Positions 1 through 9,552 are shown, counted from the stretch's first letter. The stretch is DNA of 53,835 bases from Patescibacteria group bacterium (GCA_024654625.1 JANLHB010000039.1:1-53835); one strand, 5' to 3'. The notes: generated by a model from the sequence alone, not told the origin. Numbers and translations: made by a program.

Positions 1-76
1 ACCACGCGCTCCGCGCGTGCGATTAGTCGGCATCAGGATTATCAGCAAAATACATTCGAACTTTGTTTAATACACA

Positions 77-131
77 CCGCAACGGCCAATTTTAATACCG
101 TTTCTATAGGTATTAAAATTGGCCGTTGCGG
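77..131. terminator. Perfect 23-bp inverted repeat (ccgcaacggccaattttaatacc / ggtattaaaattggccgttgcgg) abutting the 3' end of the minus-strand tRNA-Ser
   Basis: Inverted repeat read directly, 9-nt loop; likely terminator or processing hairpin. Confidence 0.5.
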
Positions 132-215
132 AAGAGGTGAGATTCGAACTCACGAGAGGATTACTCCTCCTCAGCTTTTCGAGAGCTGCGCTTTAAACCA
201 CTCAGCCACTCTTCC
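129..215 (-). tRNA. tRNA-Ser (anticodon CGA), long variable arm
   Basis: Reverse complement folds as a cloverleaf: acceptor ggaagag/ctcttcc, anticodon stem cagct/agctg, loop ctCGAaa, T-loop ttcgaat, long variable arm. Confidence 0.85.
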
Positions 216-335
216 ATGCTTAAAACTTATCACTTTTTACATTTTTTGCAAAAGATGATATATTTTTCTAATAGCTAGTATATAACGACTAATTAATACG
301 GCCCTATCGTTTCCGATATCACACAAATTTCCAAT

Positions 336-662
336 TTGTTCGTGATATCGAGAATCCTCGATATTGTACCCAAATCGAAGATTTGGACAATATCGGGACT
401 AATGGTTATTACATTAACAAACATGAAATCATCCGTTTATATACTTGAATGCAAAGATAAGTCATATTACATTGGTTCGACTAAAGATTTAAGGAAGAGG
501 TTAATAGAACATAAAAATGGCAGAGTAAAATCTACAAAAAATTGCGCCCCGTTCTCTATAAAATTAATTGAAGAATATGATGAATTTAAACTTGCGTTTA
601 AGAGAGAAAAACAGTTAAAATCATGGAAGAAGAGAAGCGCGATCGAAAGATTATTTAAGTAA
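336..662 (+). CDS. GIY-YIG nuclease superfamily protein (YhbQ/UPF0213-like); true start probably Met at 423
   Basis: Motifs VYILECKDKSYYIGST...DLRKRLIEH...E...KSWKKR typical of small GIY-YIG proteins; the first ~29 aa are not part of the domain. Confidence 0.7.
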   Translation: MFVISRILDIVPKSKIWTISGLMVITLTNMKSSVYILECKDKSYYIGSTKDLRKRLIEHKNGRVKSTKNCAPFSIKLIEEYDEFKLAFKREKQLKSWKKRSAIERLFK

Positions 663-670
663 AACAATTT

Positions 671-743
671 GGCCCTATCGTCTAATGGTTAGGACATCGG
701 CTTTTCAAGCCGGTAACCGGGGTTCGACTCCCCGTAGGGTCAT
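671..743 (+). tRNA. tRNA-Glu (anticodon TTC)
   Basis: Acceptor ggcccta/tagggtc, anticodon loop ttTTCaa, T-arm cgggg-ttcgact-ccccg. Confidence 0.85.
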
Positions 744-1030
744 CACACAAAGTAATCCGCCCCCCGAAAGGGCGGTCTTTACTTTGTGTGATGACCCTAA
801 GCGAGGCAACTTCTTGCCTCGCGTCGGGGAGTCGAACGGCGGAGCGATGTTGAGCGACCCATCGGAGCGAAACCGCGAGCCGCGCCCAGTAGTACTTATG
901 AGCATGGCGAATTAGTAACTGCGGGGCGACTCCCATCATACCTGCAAATTTCAACGGCTAAACCCTCTTAAGACTTGGCCGTTGAAAAGTGGCTATTTGA
1001 GTCGTGGTTTGGTATAATTTTTTGGTGTGC

Positions 1031-1102
1031 GAGCCTGTGGCTCAGTGGTAGAGCGTCACATTGACATTGTGAAGGCCGGAGGTTCGATCCCTCCCAGGCT
1101 CA
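1031..1102 (+). tRNA. tRNA-Val (anticodon GAC)
   Basis: Acceptor gagcctg/caggctc, D-arm gctcagtggtagagc, anticodon stem tcaca/tgtga with loop ttGACat, T-arm ggagg-ttcgatc-cctcc; extended -10 tggtataat 14 nt upstream. Confidence 0.9.
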
Positions 1103-1119
1103 CATTTATAGCAGGCGGG

Positions 1120-1210
1120 TTGTGAAGGTCGGAGGTTCGCCGTGTCCTCTTCAGTAGGACACGGCGCCATGCACCCTTTAGTGGTGCACGGCGATCCCTC
1201 CCAGGCTCAC
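1120..1210 (+). pseudogene. Partial duplicate of the 3' half of tRNA-Val, interrupted in the T-loop by a 54-nt double-hairpin (REP-like) insertion
   Basis: ttgtgaaggtcggaggttcg (1120-1139) and atccctcccaggctcac (1194-1210) match the tRNA-Val 3' half; insert at 1140-1193 forms the hairpins ccgtgtcct..aggacacgg and gcaccc..ggtgcac. Confidence 0.7.
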
Positions 1211-1339
1211 TTTTATAAATTAAAAGGTAATTCAGAAAGATTTAAAAACTCATTTTCTTTAAGAACGAATTCTGCCTCAAAAAGAGGCAGATAGGGAAAT
1301 TCTACAGAAAATAACTTTTGAATTTTTCTATAATAAAAT

Positions 1340-2290
1340 ATGACAGAAGAAAAAAAATACGATGTAGTGATTATAGGCGGGGCGACTGCCGGTATGACGG
1401 CGGCAATATATGCCGCTCGTAAAAAACTTAAAACTATAATTTTAACCAAAGAGATAGGCGGGCAAAATTTAAAAACTGACAGAATAGAGAATTTTCCCGG
1501 TTTTATGACCATTGCCGGCAAAGATCTTACAATGAAGATAAAAGAACAGGTAGATAGATACGGCGTGCTCATAGAAGAGGGCGCGATAGTGGAAAAGATT
1601 GATGTTCATCCGGACGGCAAAGATAAATTTGTTGTGCATTTGAAAGGAGGAGATGTATATGAAGCAAGGACTATCATCATCGCAACGGGAAAGAGTCCGC
1701 GTCTATTAGGAATCCCGGGCGAGAAAGAGTTTGAGAATAAGGGGGTAAGTTTCTGCCCGACTTGCGATGCGCCACTTTTTGGCGGTAAAGATGTGGCAGT
1801 AATAGGGAGCGGTAATTCCGGTCTTGAGTCGGCAAATGATCTCTTGAAATATGCGAATAAGATTTATGTGCTTGAATATGGCGCTGATATAAAGGGAGAT
1901 CCTGCGACAGTGGAAGCTCTTAAAAAGACGGGTAAGGTGGAGTTTATTCTTCGGGCTGAAACGAAAGAGATACAAGGTGTTAATTTTGTAGAGAAGCTTT
2001 TGTATAGAGACCTTTCTGACAATGACACTAATGAGCTTAGTGTCCAAGGAGTATTTGTAAATATCGGTTGGGTGCCGGCGACAAATTTTTTAGATAATTT
2101 CGTTAAGCTGAATGAATATGGCGAGGTGGAGATAGACCACAAGACAACACAGACATCTGTGCCTGGTGTATATGCGGCAGGCGATGTCTCGAGCACTTTG
2201 TATAAGCAATGTATCATAGCGGCCGGCGAGGGGGCAAAAGCGGCCCTTTCTGCTTATAACTACATATTAGAGAAGGATAAAGGAAAATAA
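1340..2290 (+). CDS. trxB: Thioredoxin-disulfide reductase
   Basis: FAD/NAD(P) Rossmann motifs (VVIIGGATAGMTAA, VAVIGSGNSG) and redox-active CPTCD motif. Confidence 0.9.
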   Translation: MTEEKKYDVVIIGGATAGMTAAIYAARKKLKTIILTKEIGGQNLKTDRIENFPGFMTIAGKDLTMKIKEQVDRYGVLIEEGAIVEKIDVHPDGKDKFVVHLKGGDVYEARTIIIATGKSPRLLGIPGEKEFENKGVSFCPTCDAPLFGGKDVAVIGSGNSGLESANDLLKYANKIYVLEYGADIKGDPATVEALKKTGKVEFILRAETKEIQGVNFVEKLLYRDLSDNDTNELSVQGVFVNIGWVPATNFLDNFVKLNEYGEVEIDHKTTQTSVPGVYAAGDVSSTLYKQCIIAAGEGAKAALSAYNYILEKDKGK

Positions 2291-2311
2291 TAATTCTTTT
2301 AATCTAACTAA

Positions 2312-2352
2312 AAAATCCGTTCGTCCGCCAGCTGGCGGACGAACGGATTTTT
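2312..2352. terminator. Bidirectional rho-independent terminator between trxB (+) and the dsbA-like gene (-)
   Basis: aaaaaatccgttcgtccgccagctggcggacgaacggatttttt: perfect stem with A/T runs on both sides. Confidence 0.8.
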
Positions 2353-2375
2353 TAGTTATAGTCCGTAGAGTTTAT

Positions 2376-3140
2376 TTATTTGGCAAGCAGATTTTCTATC
2401 ATCACCTTTATCCCGCAAGCCTTGTTTTCATCACAGAATATTTCTTGTTCATAGACAGGAAGACTGTCAAAGAAGCGAGTATCCGCTTCAAAGTAAGGAT
2501 ATGCTCCTGAAAATGGAATTTGGTTGCCATTTTTATCAATTATTATAGTGAATGGTGTGCCGTTTCCGCCGTTTGCTATCGCTTCTTGCGCGTCTTCCTC
2601 AACCTTTGAAGCGTTCCGTTCACTTGAAAGGCATTCTTCAAACTGCACTCGGTCTAATCCTATCGATTCGGCAATATTCGGCAATTCATTTGGATTAAGA
2701 TTATTATTTGACGGAGTTACTGAATAAAGATTATTGATATATTCCCAGAATTTGGTATTTCCCCCGAGTTCTCTAGCGCACTCTGTCGCTTCAGCCTCTT
2801 TGCGGGCTCTTGAATGGAGCGAATCAAGCGGGAGGTGTCTATAAACCCAAGCTACTTTTCCGTCTTTGCCGTACTCATTGGCTATTTGATTCATTGTGCC
2901 GTGGAACACTTTGCAGTAAGGGCATTCCGTGTCTGAGAATTCAACTAATTTTATCTCTGCGTCAGGGTTTCCCAAGATATGGTCGTCTTCTGATACCGGT
3001 CTTATAGAGATGTTGGAGCCGGTTTCTTTTTTTGTTTTACTTCCGGAATCAGTGCCGTTATTTTTTGTTAAAATTACCGCGCCGCCTATTATAACAGCGG
3101 CCACTATTATTGCTACGGGTATTGTTAAATTATTTTTCAT
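2376..3140 (-). CDS. DsbA-like thiol:disulfide interchange protein, membrane-anchored (probable start MKNNLTIPVAII; the ORF extends to 3200)
   Basis: Thioredoxin-fold CPYC active site and N-terminal hydrophobic anchor. Confidence 0.7.
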   Translation of the reverse strand: MKNNLTIPVAIIVAAVIIGGAVILTKNNGTDSGSKTKKETGSNISIRPVSEDDHILGNPDAEIKLVEFSDTECPYCKVFHGTMNQIANEYGKDGKVAWVYRHLPLDSLHSRARKEAEATECARELGGNTKFWEYINNLYSVTPSNNNLNPNELPNIAESIGLDRVQFEECLSSERNASKVEEDAQEAIANGGNGTPFTIIIDKNGNQIPFSGAYPYFEADTRFFDSLPVYEQEIFCDENKACGIKVMIENLLAK

Positions 3141-3157
3141 ATTTATTATTAAAATTA

Positions 3158-4267
3158 TTAAACCTTTCTTCTCCTTAAGAAAGCAGGAACAGAGTCCCAT
3201 TCGCTTTGTTTAGGGTCTTCTATTAAAGTTTCTTTAATATCATCCTTTTTTTCTTTTTCTTTAGAAGTTTCTATTGTGTTGTTTTGAAATAGAGAAGGTT
3301 TTCTCATCGTTACTTCGGGAAAACCAGTCGCAATAACAGTAATTTTTATTTCGTTTTTCTTTAGTTTGTCGTCTTTAAGCGCGCCGAATATTACTCTTGC
3401 GCTTGGGTCTATGGATTCAGTAATGATATTAGCAGCTTCTTGTATCTCATGCATAGTCATATCATCTCCGCCTGAGATAGCAAAGAGAACGCCTTTTGCT
3501 CCGTGGATAGAAACATCCAAAAGGGGAGAATTAATCGCCATTTTGGCGGCTTCTTCCGCTCTTTTTTCTCCTTGGCCTCGTCCGATGCCCATAAGGGCTG
3601 ATCCGGCTTCTTGCATAATTGCTTTTACATCGGCAAAGTCTACATTGATTATTCCGGGCATGGTTATGAGATCTGAAATGCCTTCAACGGCTTGCCTAAG
3701 TATCTCATCGCACATTGCAAAAGCGGAAGAGAAAGTGGTCTCTTTTTGGACGAGTTGTATAAGTTTATCGTTTGGAATGACTATCATTGCGTCCACGGCT
3801 TCTTTTAGATTATTGAGCGCTGTTTCAGCTATTGCAATTCTCTGAGCTCCTTCAAAAGCAAAAGGCTTTGTGACGACGGCGATAGTTAATATGCCTTGTT
3901 CTCTAGCGACTCTTGCTATTACGGGTCCGCCTCCTGAGCCTGTGCCGCCACCCATACCGCAAGTAAGGAATATCATATCAGCTCCCTTAATGGCATCTTG
4001 AATCTCTTCTTTGGTTTCTTCGGCGGACTGTCTGCCCAGGTCAGGATTCATACCGGCGCCGAGACCCCTTGTGAGGTTTTTACCTATGTGGATTTTTTTC
4101 GGCGCGAGACTGTGGTGTAGGCTTTGAGCATCAGTGTTAATAGTGATAAATTCAACGCCTTTTACTTTGTTTTTTATCATGTGGTCGACTCCGTTTGAGC
4201 CTGAGCCGCCAACTCCTATTACTTTTATTCGGGCAAATGCCTCTACTTCTGGTTTTACTCTAGCCAT
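3158..4267 (-). CDS. ftsZ: Cell division GTPase FtsZ
   Basis: Tubulin signature [17 protein letters not shown]; full-length FtsZ architecture. Confidence 0.95.
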   Translation of the reverse strand: MARVKPEVEAFARIKVIGVGGSGSNGVDHMIKNKVKGVEFITINTDAQSLHHSLAPKKIHIGKNLTRGLGAGMNPDLGRQSAEETKEEIQDAIKGADMIFLTCGMGGGTGSGGGPVIARVAREQGILTIAVVTKPFAFEGAQRIAIAETALNNLKEAVDAMIVIPNDKLIQLVQKETTFSSAFAMCDEILRQAVEGISDLITMPGIINVDFADVKAIMQEAGSALMGIGRGQGEKRAEEAAKMAINSPLLDVSIHGAKGVLFAISGGDDMTMHEIQEAANIITESIDPSARVIFGALKDDKLKKNEIKITVIATGFPEVTMRKPSLFQNNTIETSKEKEKKDDIKETLIEDPKQSEWDSVPAFLRRRKV

Positions 4268-4312
4268 ATATAGAACTTATAATACCAAAAAAAAATTATA
4301 ATGCAAATGGCT

Positions 4313-5488
4313 TTAAGGAAGGAGTATTTGCAGGTATTTTACCAATATGTTTTTTGTTTTTTTTGTTATTTCACTGCTTATTCCGGCATAATCACTTTCA
4401 TTGTTTCCAATAATACATAGACCGTAAGCGACAGAAAATCCAAGATCGTTTAGTTGTTTTTGGCCGTCTGGTTTTTTTGGATCAGACAATGTGGCAAGAC
4501 CGATTTTTGCTGGAAGTTTGAGTGTATATTTGGCGATATCCTCAAGGCTTGTGAGGTTTGAACCGCTTCCTGTTAATACGATGCCGGCCGGCAAAAGTCC
4601 GTTTCGGCCTATTTTTTTTAGGTGGTTGTCTATAAGTTCAAAGATATCATGAAGCCTGGCTTCTATTATGTCTCCCAGTTTCTTTCTTTGAGGGGCTTCT
4701 TCGTTATAATTAATTTTCATTCCCTCAGCTTCTTCAAGCGGGATCTTCATCCCTAGCGCAATATCGTTGGTAATGTGCGCCGAGCCGATAGGGAAAACTG
4801 CCATTGAGATAGGCGCGCCTTCTTCAAAGACGACTATTGATACAGTTTCAGCTCCAATGTTGGCTAAAATTACCCCTGCATCTTTTTGTTTTTTATTCAG
4901 TATAAAATGACTTTCAGCGATAGGGGATGCCGTTACATCATTTACCGCAAGACCGGCTTCTTCAACAGCTCTTATTAAATCATCCAGGTGTTGTGTCATT
5001 ATTGTTATAAAAAGCATTTCTACTTCAAGCTTCTTGCCTTTCATGCCGATTGGTCTCCCGAAGATTGTACTTCCGTCTATTTTAAAGTTGATAGGAATAG
5101 TATGCAGGATCGTCCTGTTTATTATGTTGGGAAGTTCATCTTCGCTTTGACTTATGGCCCTTTTAACATCATGTTCTGACACTTCACTATCGGCTCTGGA
5201 GATTATCACACTGCCCTTGCTCCTTAGAGAGTCCAGGCTTATACCACCTATGCCAAGATAAATTTGTTTTATAGTTACGCCAGCTTTCATTTGCGCTTCA
5301 CTTATGCATTTTTTAATACTTACTACGGCTTCATTGTAGTCTGTTATATAGCCGTGTTTTATACCGGCTGAAGGACACTGATGAAAAGACAATATTCTTG
5401 GTGATGGCTCGCCCTTTCTTTGTTCTGTTATTATGATTCTTATTATTGAAGTGCCGACATCAAGGCCTGCTATTATATTTCTTGCCAT
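4313..5488 (-). CDS. ftsA: Cell division protein FtsA (actin-like ATPase)
   Basis: N-terminal GLDVGTS phosphate-1 motif, actin fold, immediately upstream of ftsZ. Confidence 0.9.
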   Translation of the reverse strand: MARNIIAGLDVGTSIIRIIITEQRKGEPSPRILSFHQCPSAGIKHGYITDYNEAVVSIKKCISEAQMKAGVTIKQIYLGIGGISLDSLRSKGSVIISRADSEVSEHDVKRAISQSEDELPNIINRTILHTIPINFKIDGSTIFGRPIGMKGKKLEVEMLFITIMTQHLDDLIRAVEEAGLAVNDVTASPIAESHFILNKKQKDAGVILANIGAETVSIVVFEEGAPISMAVFPIGSAHITNDIALGMKIPLEEAEGMKINYNEEAPQRKKLGDIIEARLHDIFELIDNHLKKIGRNGLLPAGIVLTGSGSNLTSLEDIAKYTLKLPAKIGLATLSDPKKPDGQKQLNDLGFSVAYGLCIIGNNESDYAGISSEITKKTKNILVKYLQILLP

Positions 5489-5501
5489 AATTATTTTTAG
5501 T

Positions 5502-5882
5502 TTATCTGAATTTTTTCAAAAATTTTTCTTCTTCAATCTCCATTTTATCACTATGAGAGAATCCTTTCAAATGCAGAAGGGAGTGTATAAAAAGATGGAG
5601 AATCCTATCGCGTTTTTTTTGTTTAGCCATAGTTTTTTTTGATGAAAAGGAATGCGGGTATGAAAGGTTTATGAATATCTCGCCTTCTTTAGCAGATAGC
5701 GGGAAAGACAGTACATTCGCAGACTTGTCTTTTTTGCGATATTTTTTATTGAGCTTTTTCATTAGAGAATTGCCGGCAAAAACCACACTAAGATTATAGT
5801 CTCTTTTTAGGATCATATTTTTAACTTCTTCCCATGGCAGGGAAGGACGGCGTTTTTTTGTAAGATTAGAAAAATCTATCAT
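5502..5882 (-). CDS. ybeY: rRNA maturation endoribonuclease YbeY
   Basis: H-x3-H-x5-H zinc motif (IHSLLHLKGFSH), size ~126 aa. Confidence 0.75.
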   Translation of the reverse strand: MIDFSNLTKKRRPSLPWEEVKNMILKRDYNLSVVFAGNSLMKKLNKKYRKKDKSANVLSFPLSAKEGEIFINLSYPHSFSSKKTMAKQKKRDRILHLFIHSLLHLKGFSHSDKMEIEEEKFLKKFR

Positions 5883-5978
5883 TAATACTTAGAATATCCC
5901 GAAAGCGCAATACAAGCAAATTATTTTTATCAATCTTTTCTTTGCCGGCTGTTTCAGTCTGGATTATTTAGCCGGTAA

Positions 5979-6012
5979 ACAAAAAGCGGAGGTTTAACGC
6001 CTTCCGCTTTTT
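5979..6012. terminator. Hairpin terminator downstream of rpsU
   Basis: gcggagg..ccttccgc stem followed by a T-run. Confidence 0.6.
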
Positions 6013-6013
6013 G

Positions 6014-6229
6014 TTATTTGATTTTTCCAAGTTTTCTAAGTCTATCTTTCACCTTATTTTTAGCAATTCTCTTTAGTGCATCCTGTTTCTTTTTAAAGCC
6101 AGATTTGGCTCTTGTATTATATCTTAAGGATTTTACCGTTGAGATGATATTTGATTGCTGCATCTTGCGTGAAAATCTTCTTATAACACTTGATGTAGTT
6201 TCTTTTTCTTTTTTCTTTACTTCAATCAT
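6014..6229 (-). CDS. rpsU: 30S ribosomal protein S21
   Basis: 71-aa basic protein; N-terminal RRFSRKMQ, Lys/Arg-rich C-terminus. Confidence 0.6.
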   Translation of the reverse strand: MIEVKKKEKETTSSVIRRFSRKMQQSNIISTVKSLRYNTRAKSGFKKKQDALKRIAKNKVKDRLRKLGKIK

Positions 6230-6248
6230 ATTATTTAAAATTTTTATA

Positions 6249-7601
6249 TTATTTTAATTTCTTTTTAATGGCTTCCACTATATCGCTAATAGGGACTATG
6301 TCTTGAGATCGGTTATCCATATTTCTTAAGATTACAGATTCCTCCAAGGCCTCTTTTTGCCCTAGGATTATAGCATAAGGCATATTTAGTTTTGATGCAA
6401 TCTTTAGCTGGTCGCTTAGCCCTTCTTTGGCAAAAGACTGGCTTATTGGTATCCCTGCCTTGCGAAGTTTTTCTGTTACTTCAAAAGCCTTAAATTTGGC
6501 TGATGTCCCAAGCTGAATGAAAAATATTTTCGGTTTTTTCTTTGCTTTAGGCTTTATTCCCAATTCTTTGAGGAAGGATATAAGCCTTTCTATTCCTACC
6601 GCTCCGCCTGATGCCGGGATTTCTTTTTTGGAGAGTATTTTCCCAAGTTCATCATATCGTCCGCCGGCGGCTAGAGCTGATACAGTTTCTTTGTTCTTAG
6701 TGTTTTGTTCTTTTCCATTTTCTGATTCTTCGGTTTTTTCTTTTTGGACCGGACCAGGGAAAATTTCAAATACTGTTCTTGAGTAATAATCAATACCTCT
6801 CACAAGCGTGTGGTCCACAATATACGGCACTTCAAAAGCGTCTAAGAGCTCAAGGGTATCTTTAAAATGTTCTCGGCAATGCTGGCACAGATAATCAAGC
6901 ATTTTGGGCGCTTCTTTTTTTATCTCTTGGCATTTATCTTCTTTGCAGTCTAAGAGTCTTAATGGGTTGGTTTTGATTCTATTCTTACAGTCACGGCATA
7001 TATGATTTATCTTTTTCCTGTAATAGGCGATAAGTTCTTTCTTGTATGTATTACGGCATTCTTTATCTCCTATGCTGTTTATGTGAACTATAAGTTCTTT
7101 CCCTCCGAGCTCTTGTATGGCTGTTAAAAATATTTTTATTATCGTGGCTTCGGCGACACCTTTTCTTTCCCCAAGTATTTCAAGGCCAAATTGCTGAAAT
7201 TCTCTGAGGCGCCCTTTTTGCGGATTCTCATGGCGGAAAAAGGATCCTTTATAGTAGAGAAGCACGGGTTGGGGCCTGGATTGCATGCCGTTTGCGATAT
7301 ATGACCTCATTATCGGGGCCGTCCCTTCAGGTCTTAGGGCCAAATGGTCTTTACCTTTTGTTTTTAGTGTGTACATCTCTTTTTCCACTATGTCTGTTGT
7401 TTCTCCTATCGCCGCGGTAAATAAATCTATTTTCTCAAGATGAGGAGTCTGAATAGGCTTAAAGTCGTAATACTCTGCGATACTCCCTATCTTGTCATAA
7501 ATGAATGAGTAATACTCGTAATCTTCCGGCAGGATGTCTTTCATCCCTTTAGGTGTTTGGAAAATTTCTTTCTTGTCTTTTTCTTTGGCGCTCATAATCA
7601 A
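6249..7601 (-). CDS. hisS: Histidine--tRNA ligase
   Basis: Class II aaRS motifs (LRPEGTAP, FRHENPQKGRLREFQQFGLEILG, GGRYDEL), anticodon-binding C-terminus. Confidence 0.9.
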   Translation of the reverse strand: MIMSAKEKDKKEIFQTPKGMKDILPEDYEYYSFIYDKIGSIAEYYDFKPIQTPHLEKIDLFTAAIGETTDIVEKEMYTLKTKGKDHLALRPEGTAPIMRSYIANGMQSRPQPVLLYYKGSFFRHENPQKGRLREFQQFGLEILGERKGVAEATIIKIFLTAIQELGGKELIVHINSIGDKECRNTYKKELIAYYRKKINHICRDCKNRIKTNPLRLLDCKEDKCQEIKKEAPKMLDYLCQHCREHFKDTLELLDAFEVPYIVDHTLVRGIDYYSRTVFEIFPGPVQKEKTEESENGKEQNTKNKETVSALAAGGRYDELGKILSKKEIPASGGAVGIERLISFLKELGIKPKAKKKPKIFFIQLGTSAKFKAFEVTEKLRKAGIPISQSFAKEGLSDQLKIASKLNMPYAIILGQKEALEESVILRNMDNRSQDIVPISDIVEAIKKKLK

Positions 7602-7616
7602 ATCAATTTATTAATA

Positions 7617-8180
7617 TTAATTGGTTAGTAATCTTTTAGTTGTCTCTTCATCTTGTCCGGGGAACATATTTAGAGTTGTTATCGGCCATAGTCTTAAGAA
7701 TGCCTTGCCTATGATAAGACTTTCATCAACCGGTCCCCATACTCGCGAATCAGAGCTTGCCTTGCGATTATCTCCAAGCACAAAGTATTCACCGTTTTCC
7801 ATTGAGATTGTTTTACCTTCCACTTCCAGTGTCTGGTTTGGCAATCCAATTATTCTTTTTATAAAAAATTTTGACGGATCATTCGGATAGCGGAATATTA
7901 TTACGTCACCTTCTTTAGGCTTGGTGAATTTATACGATATTTCATCTACTATCAAATAGTCACCGTTTTTGAATGTTGGATCCATAGATTGCCCGTGTAC
8001 GATAAAGGGCTGCGCGACCCACATTCTTATCGGGACGATTATAACGAGGGCGATCAATATGAATTTTGTAAATTCCCAAACGCCTCTCCAAAATGAATTT
8101 TTCTCATTTTTCAGTTCGCTTGAATTTTCTTGATAATTGTCTTCGGTTTGAGGTTCTCTTTGTTCAAAAATTTTTTCCAT
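7617..8180 (-). CDS. lepB: Signal peptidase I
   Basis: S26 motifs GQSMDPTF, GDVIIF, VLGDNRKASSDSR; N-terminal TM. Confidence 0.9.
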   Translation of the reverse strand: MEKIFEQREPQTEDNYQENSSELKNEKNSFWRGVWEFTKFILIALVIIVPIRMWVAQPFIVHGQSMDPTFKNGDYLIVDEISYKFTKPKEGDVIIFRYPNDPSKFFIKRIIGLPNQTLEVEGKTISMENGEYFVLGDNRKASSDSRVWGPVDESLIIGKAFLRLWPITTLNMFPGQDEETTKRLLTN

Positions 8181-8275
8181 TAAGATAAATATACACTTTA
8201 ATTACGCTTGACGCAAGGTGTAGTTGAGTGCTCTGGTGTTTTGCTTAAGTGAGAAAAAAATAATATAATCAGTAG

Positions 8276-8863
8276 ATGCATTATATAGTAGGGCTCGGTA
8301 ATCCGGGTGATGAGTATAAAAGTAGCCGACATAATACCGGCAGGATTCTTGCGGAATCTTTTTGTAAGAAAGAAAAGTTTTCAGAGTTTAAAGTCGATAA
8401 GAAGTTAAAGGCTGTGGTGTCGGGTGGAAAGATGGGAAAAGAAAAAGTGGAGGTGATACTCCCTGAGACTTTTATGAATAAGTCAGGACTCTCTTTGAAG
8501 CTGGTTATCACGAGCAAAAAGAAGGCGCAAGATTTGATTGTTATCTATGACGATTTGGACTTGGCGCTTGGCACCTTCAAGATCTCTTTTAACCGTGGCT
8601 CGGGCGGGCACAGGGGGGTTGAGTCAATCGTCCGCACTCTAAAGACTAAAGAGTTTGTGAGGATACGGGTAGGCATATCACCGGCGACCCCGAAGGGGAA
8701 GGTGAAGAAACCGCAAGGGGAGAAGAAGGTGGTGGATTTCATCATCGGTGATTTCAAGCCGAAGGAGCTTGAGGTTATAAAAAAAGTCTCTAAGAATATC
8801 CACGAAGCGCTTGAGATGATAGTCACCGAAGGCTACCCAAAGGCAATGAGCGTGTATAACTAA
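8276..8863 (+). CDS. pth: Peptidyl-tRNA hydrolase
   Basis: N-terminal VGLGNPGDEY..RHNTG motif, conserved Pth fold length. Confidence 0.9.
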   Translation: MHYIVGLGNPGDEYKSSRHNTGRILAESFCKKEKFSEFKVDKKLKAVVSGGKMGKEKVEVILPETFMNKSGLSLKLVITSKKKAQDLIVIYDDLDLALGTFKISFNRGSGGHRGVESIVRTLKTKEFVRIRVGISPATPKGKVKKPQGEKKVVDFIIGDFKPKELEVIKKVSKNIHEALEMIVTEGYPKAMSVYN

Positions 8864-8871
8864 AAACTAAA

Positions 8872-8896
8872 TTGTGCAACACTTAGTGTTGCACAA
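8872..8896. repeat. GTGCAACAC-tta-GTGTTGCAC palindrome (REP-like hairpin) downstream of pth
   Basis: Perfect palindrome with the same GTGCA core as the hairpins flanking the RAYT gene. Confidence 0.6.
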
Positions 8897-8981
8897 TTGC
8901 AAAACATAAAATATTGTAAAAATTGTAAAAAAAGCACTCAACGAACCTTAGTAAGGTTCGTTGAGTGCTTTGGGCAATGAT

Positions 8982-9419
8982 CTATTTAAACGTCGTCTCG
9001 GTACAATGCATAATAAGAGTACAATTTCCACTATCATGCCACAAGAGAACGTGAACTCCCTCGACGTTGCCCATAGCTATGTAGCGAAGGTTGCCATCTT
9101 CTTCGAATATCAGGCTTCGGAATTTCTCTTGTAGTATTTGAATAAGTTCATCTCTTCTTTCGCTTGGGCAGGATATTATAGTCTCCCTTTTCCCAATAAG
9201 TAAGTTTAGTTTATTTTCCTTATTCCTTAAAAGAAAAAGAATCTCATTCTTTGTCCAAAGGCCACAAGAGATGGATAAAAGATCCCTGGTAGTTAGAAAT
9301 CTACTTAAATCTTTTTCAGTCGGACCAAATGTGTTGCTGGTGGGAAGTGACCGACTGCCGAATGGTCCTTGTGCTCTTTGTCTTAGCATTTCTTCTGACC
9401 TGTTTTTTATCCTCTTCAT
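8982..9419 (-). CDS. Hypothetical protein, no recognisable domain, slightly GC-richer than surroundings
   Basis: 145-aa ORF between terminator palindromes, adjacent to the RAYT. Confidence 0.4.
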   Translation of the reverse strand: MKRIKNRSEEMLRQRAQGPFGSRSLPTSNTFGPTEKDLSRFLTTRDLLSISCGLWTKNEILFLLRNKENKLNLLIGKRETIISCPSERRDELIQILQEKFRSLIFEEDGNLRYIAMGNVEGVHVLLWHDSGNCTLIMHCTETTFK

Positions 9420-9552
9420 GACATACCCTCCTTTTTTATATTTTCTTATTTCTTTCGATTTTTATTGATAATATGCTATCTGTACCCATAAAAGCATTTG
9501 TGTCTTAAAAAGTCAAAATAAACAGACTTTTATCACCTAAATTGTTTTGTTT

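Noticed and set aside
682-954. Overlapping ORFs 682-954 (-), 685-915 (+) and 705-905 (-) across tRNA-Glu and the following GC-rich element
   Set aside because: They overlap a clear tRNA and hairpin-rich GC-rich RNA-like sequence on both strands. Their length is an artefact of high GC lowering stop-codon frequency.
1213-1572. Minus-strand 119-aa ORF overlapping the trxB start, and 60-200-aa antisense ORFs inside hisS, ftsZ, gyrA, the HK and others
   Set aside because: Each is fully antisense to or overlapping a strongly supported conserved gene, with low-complexity translation. Treated as spurious.
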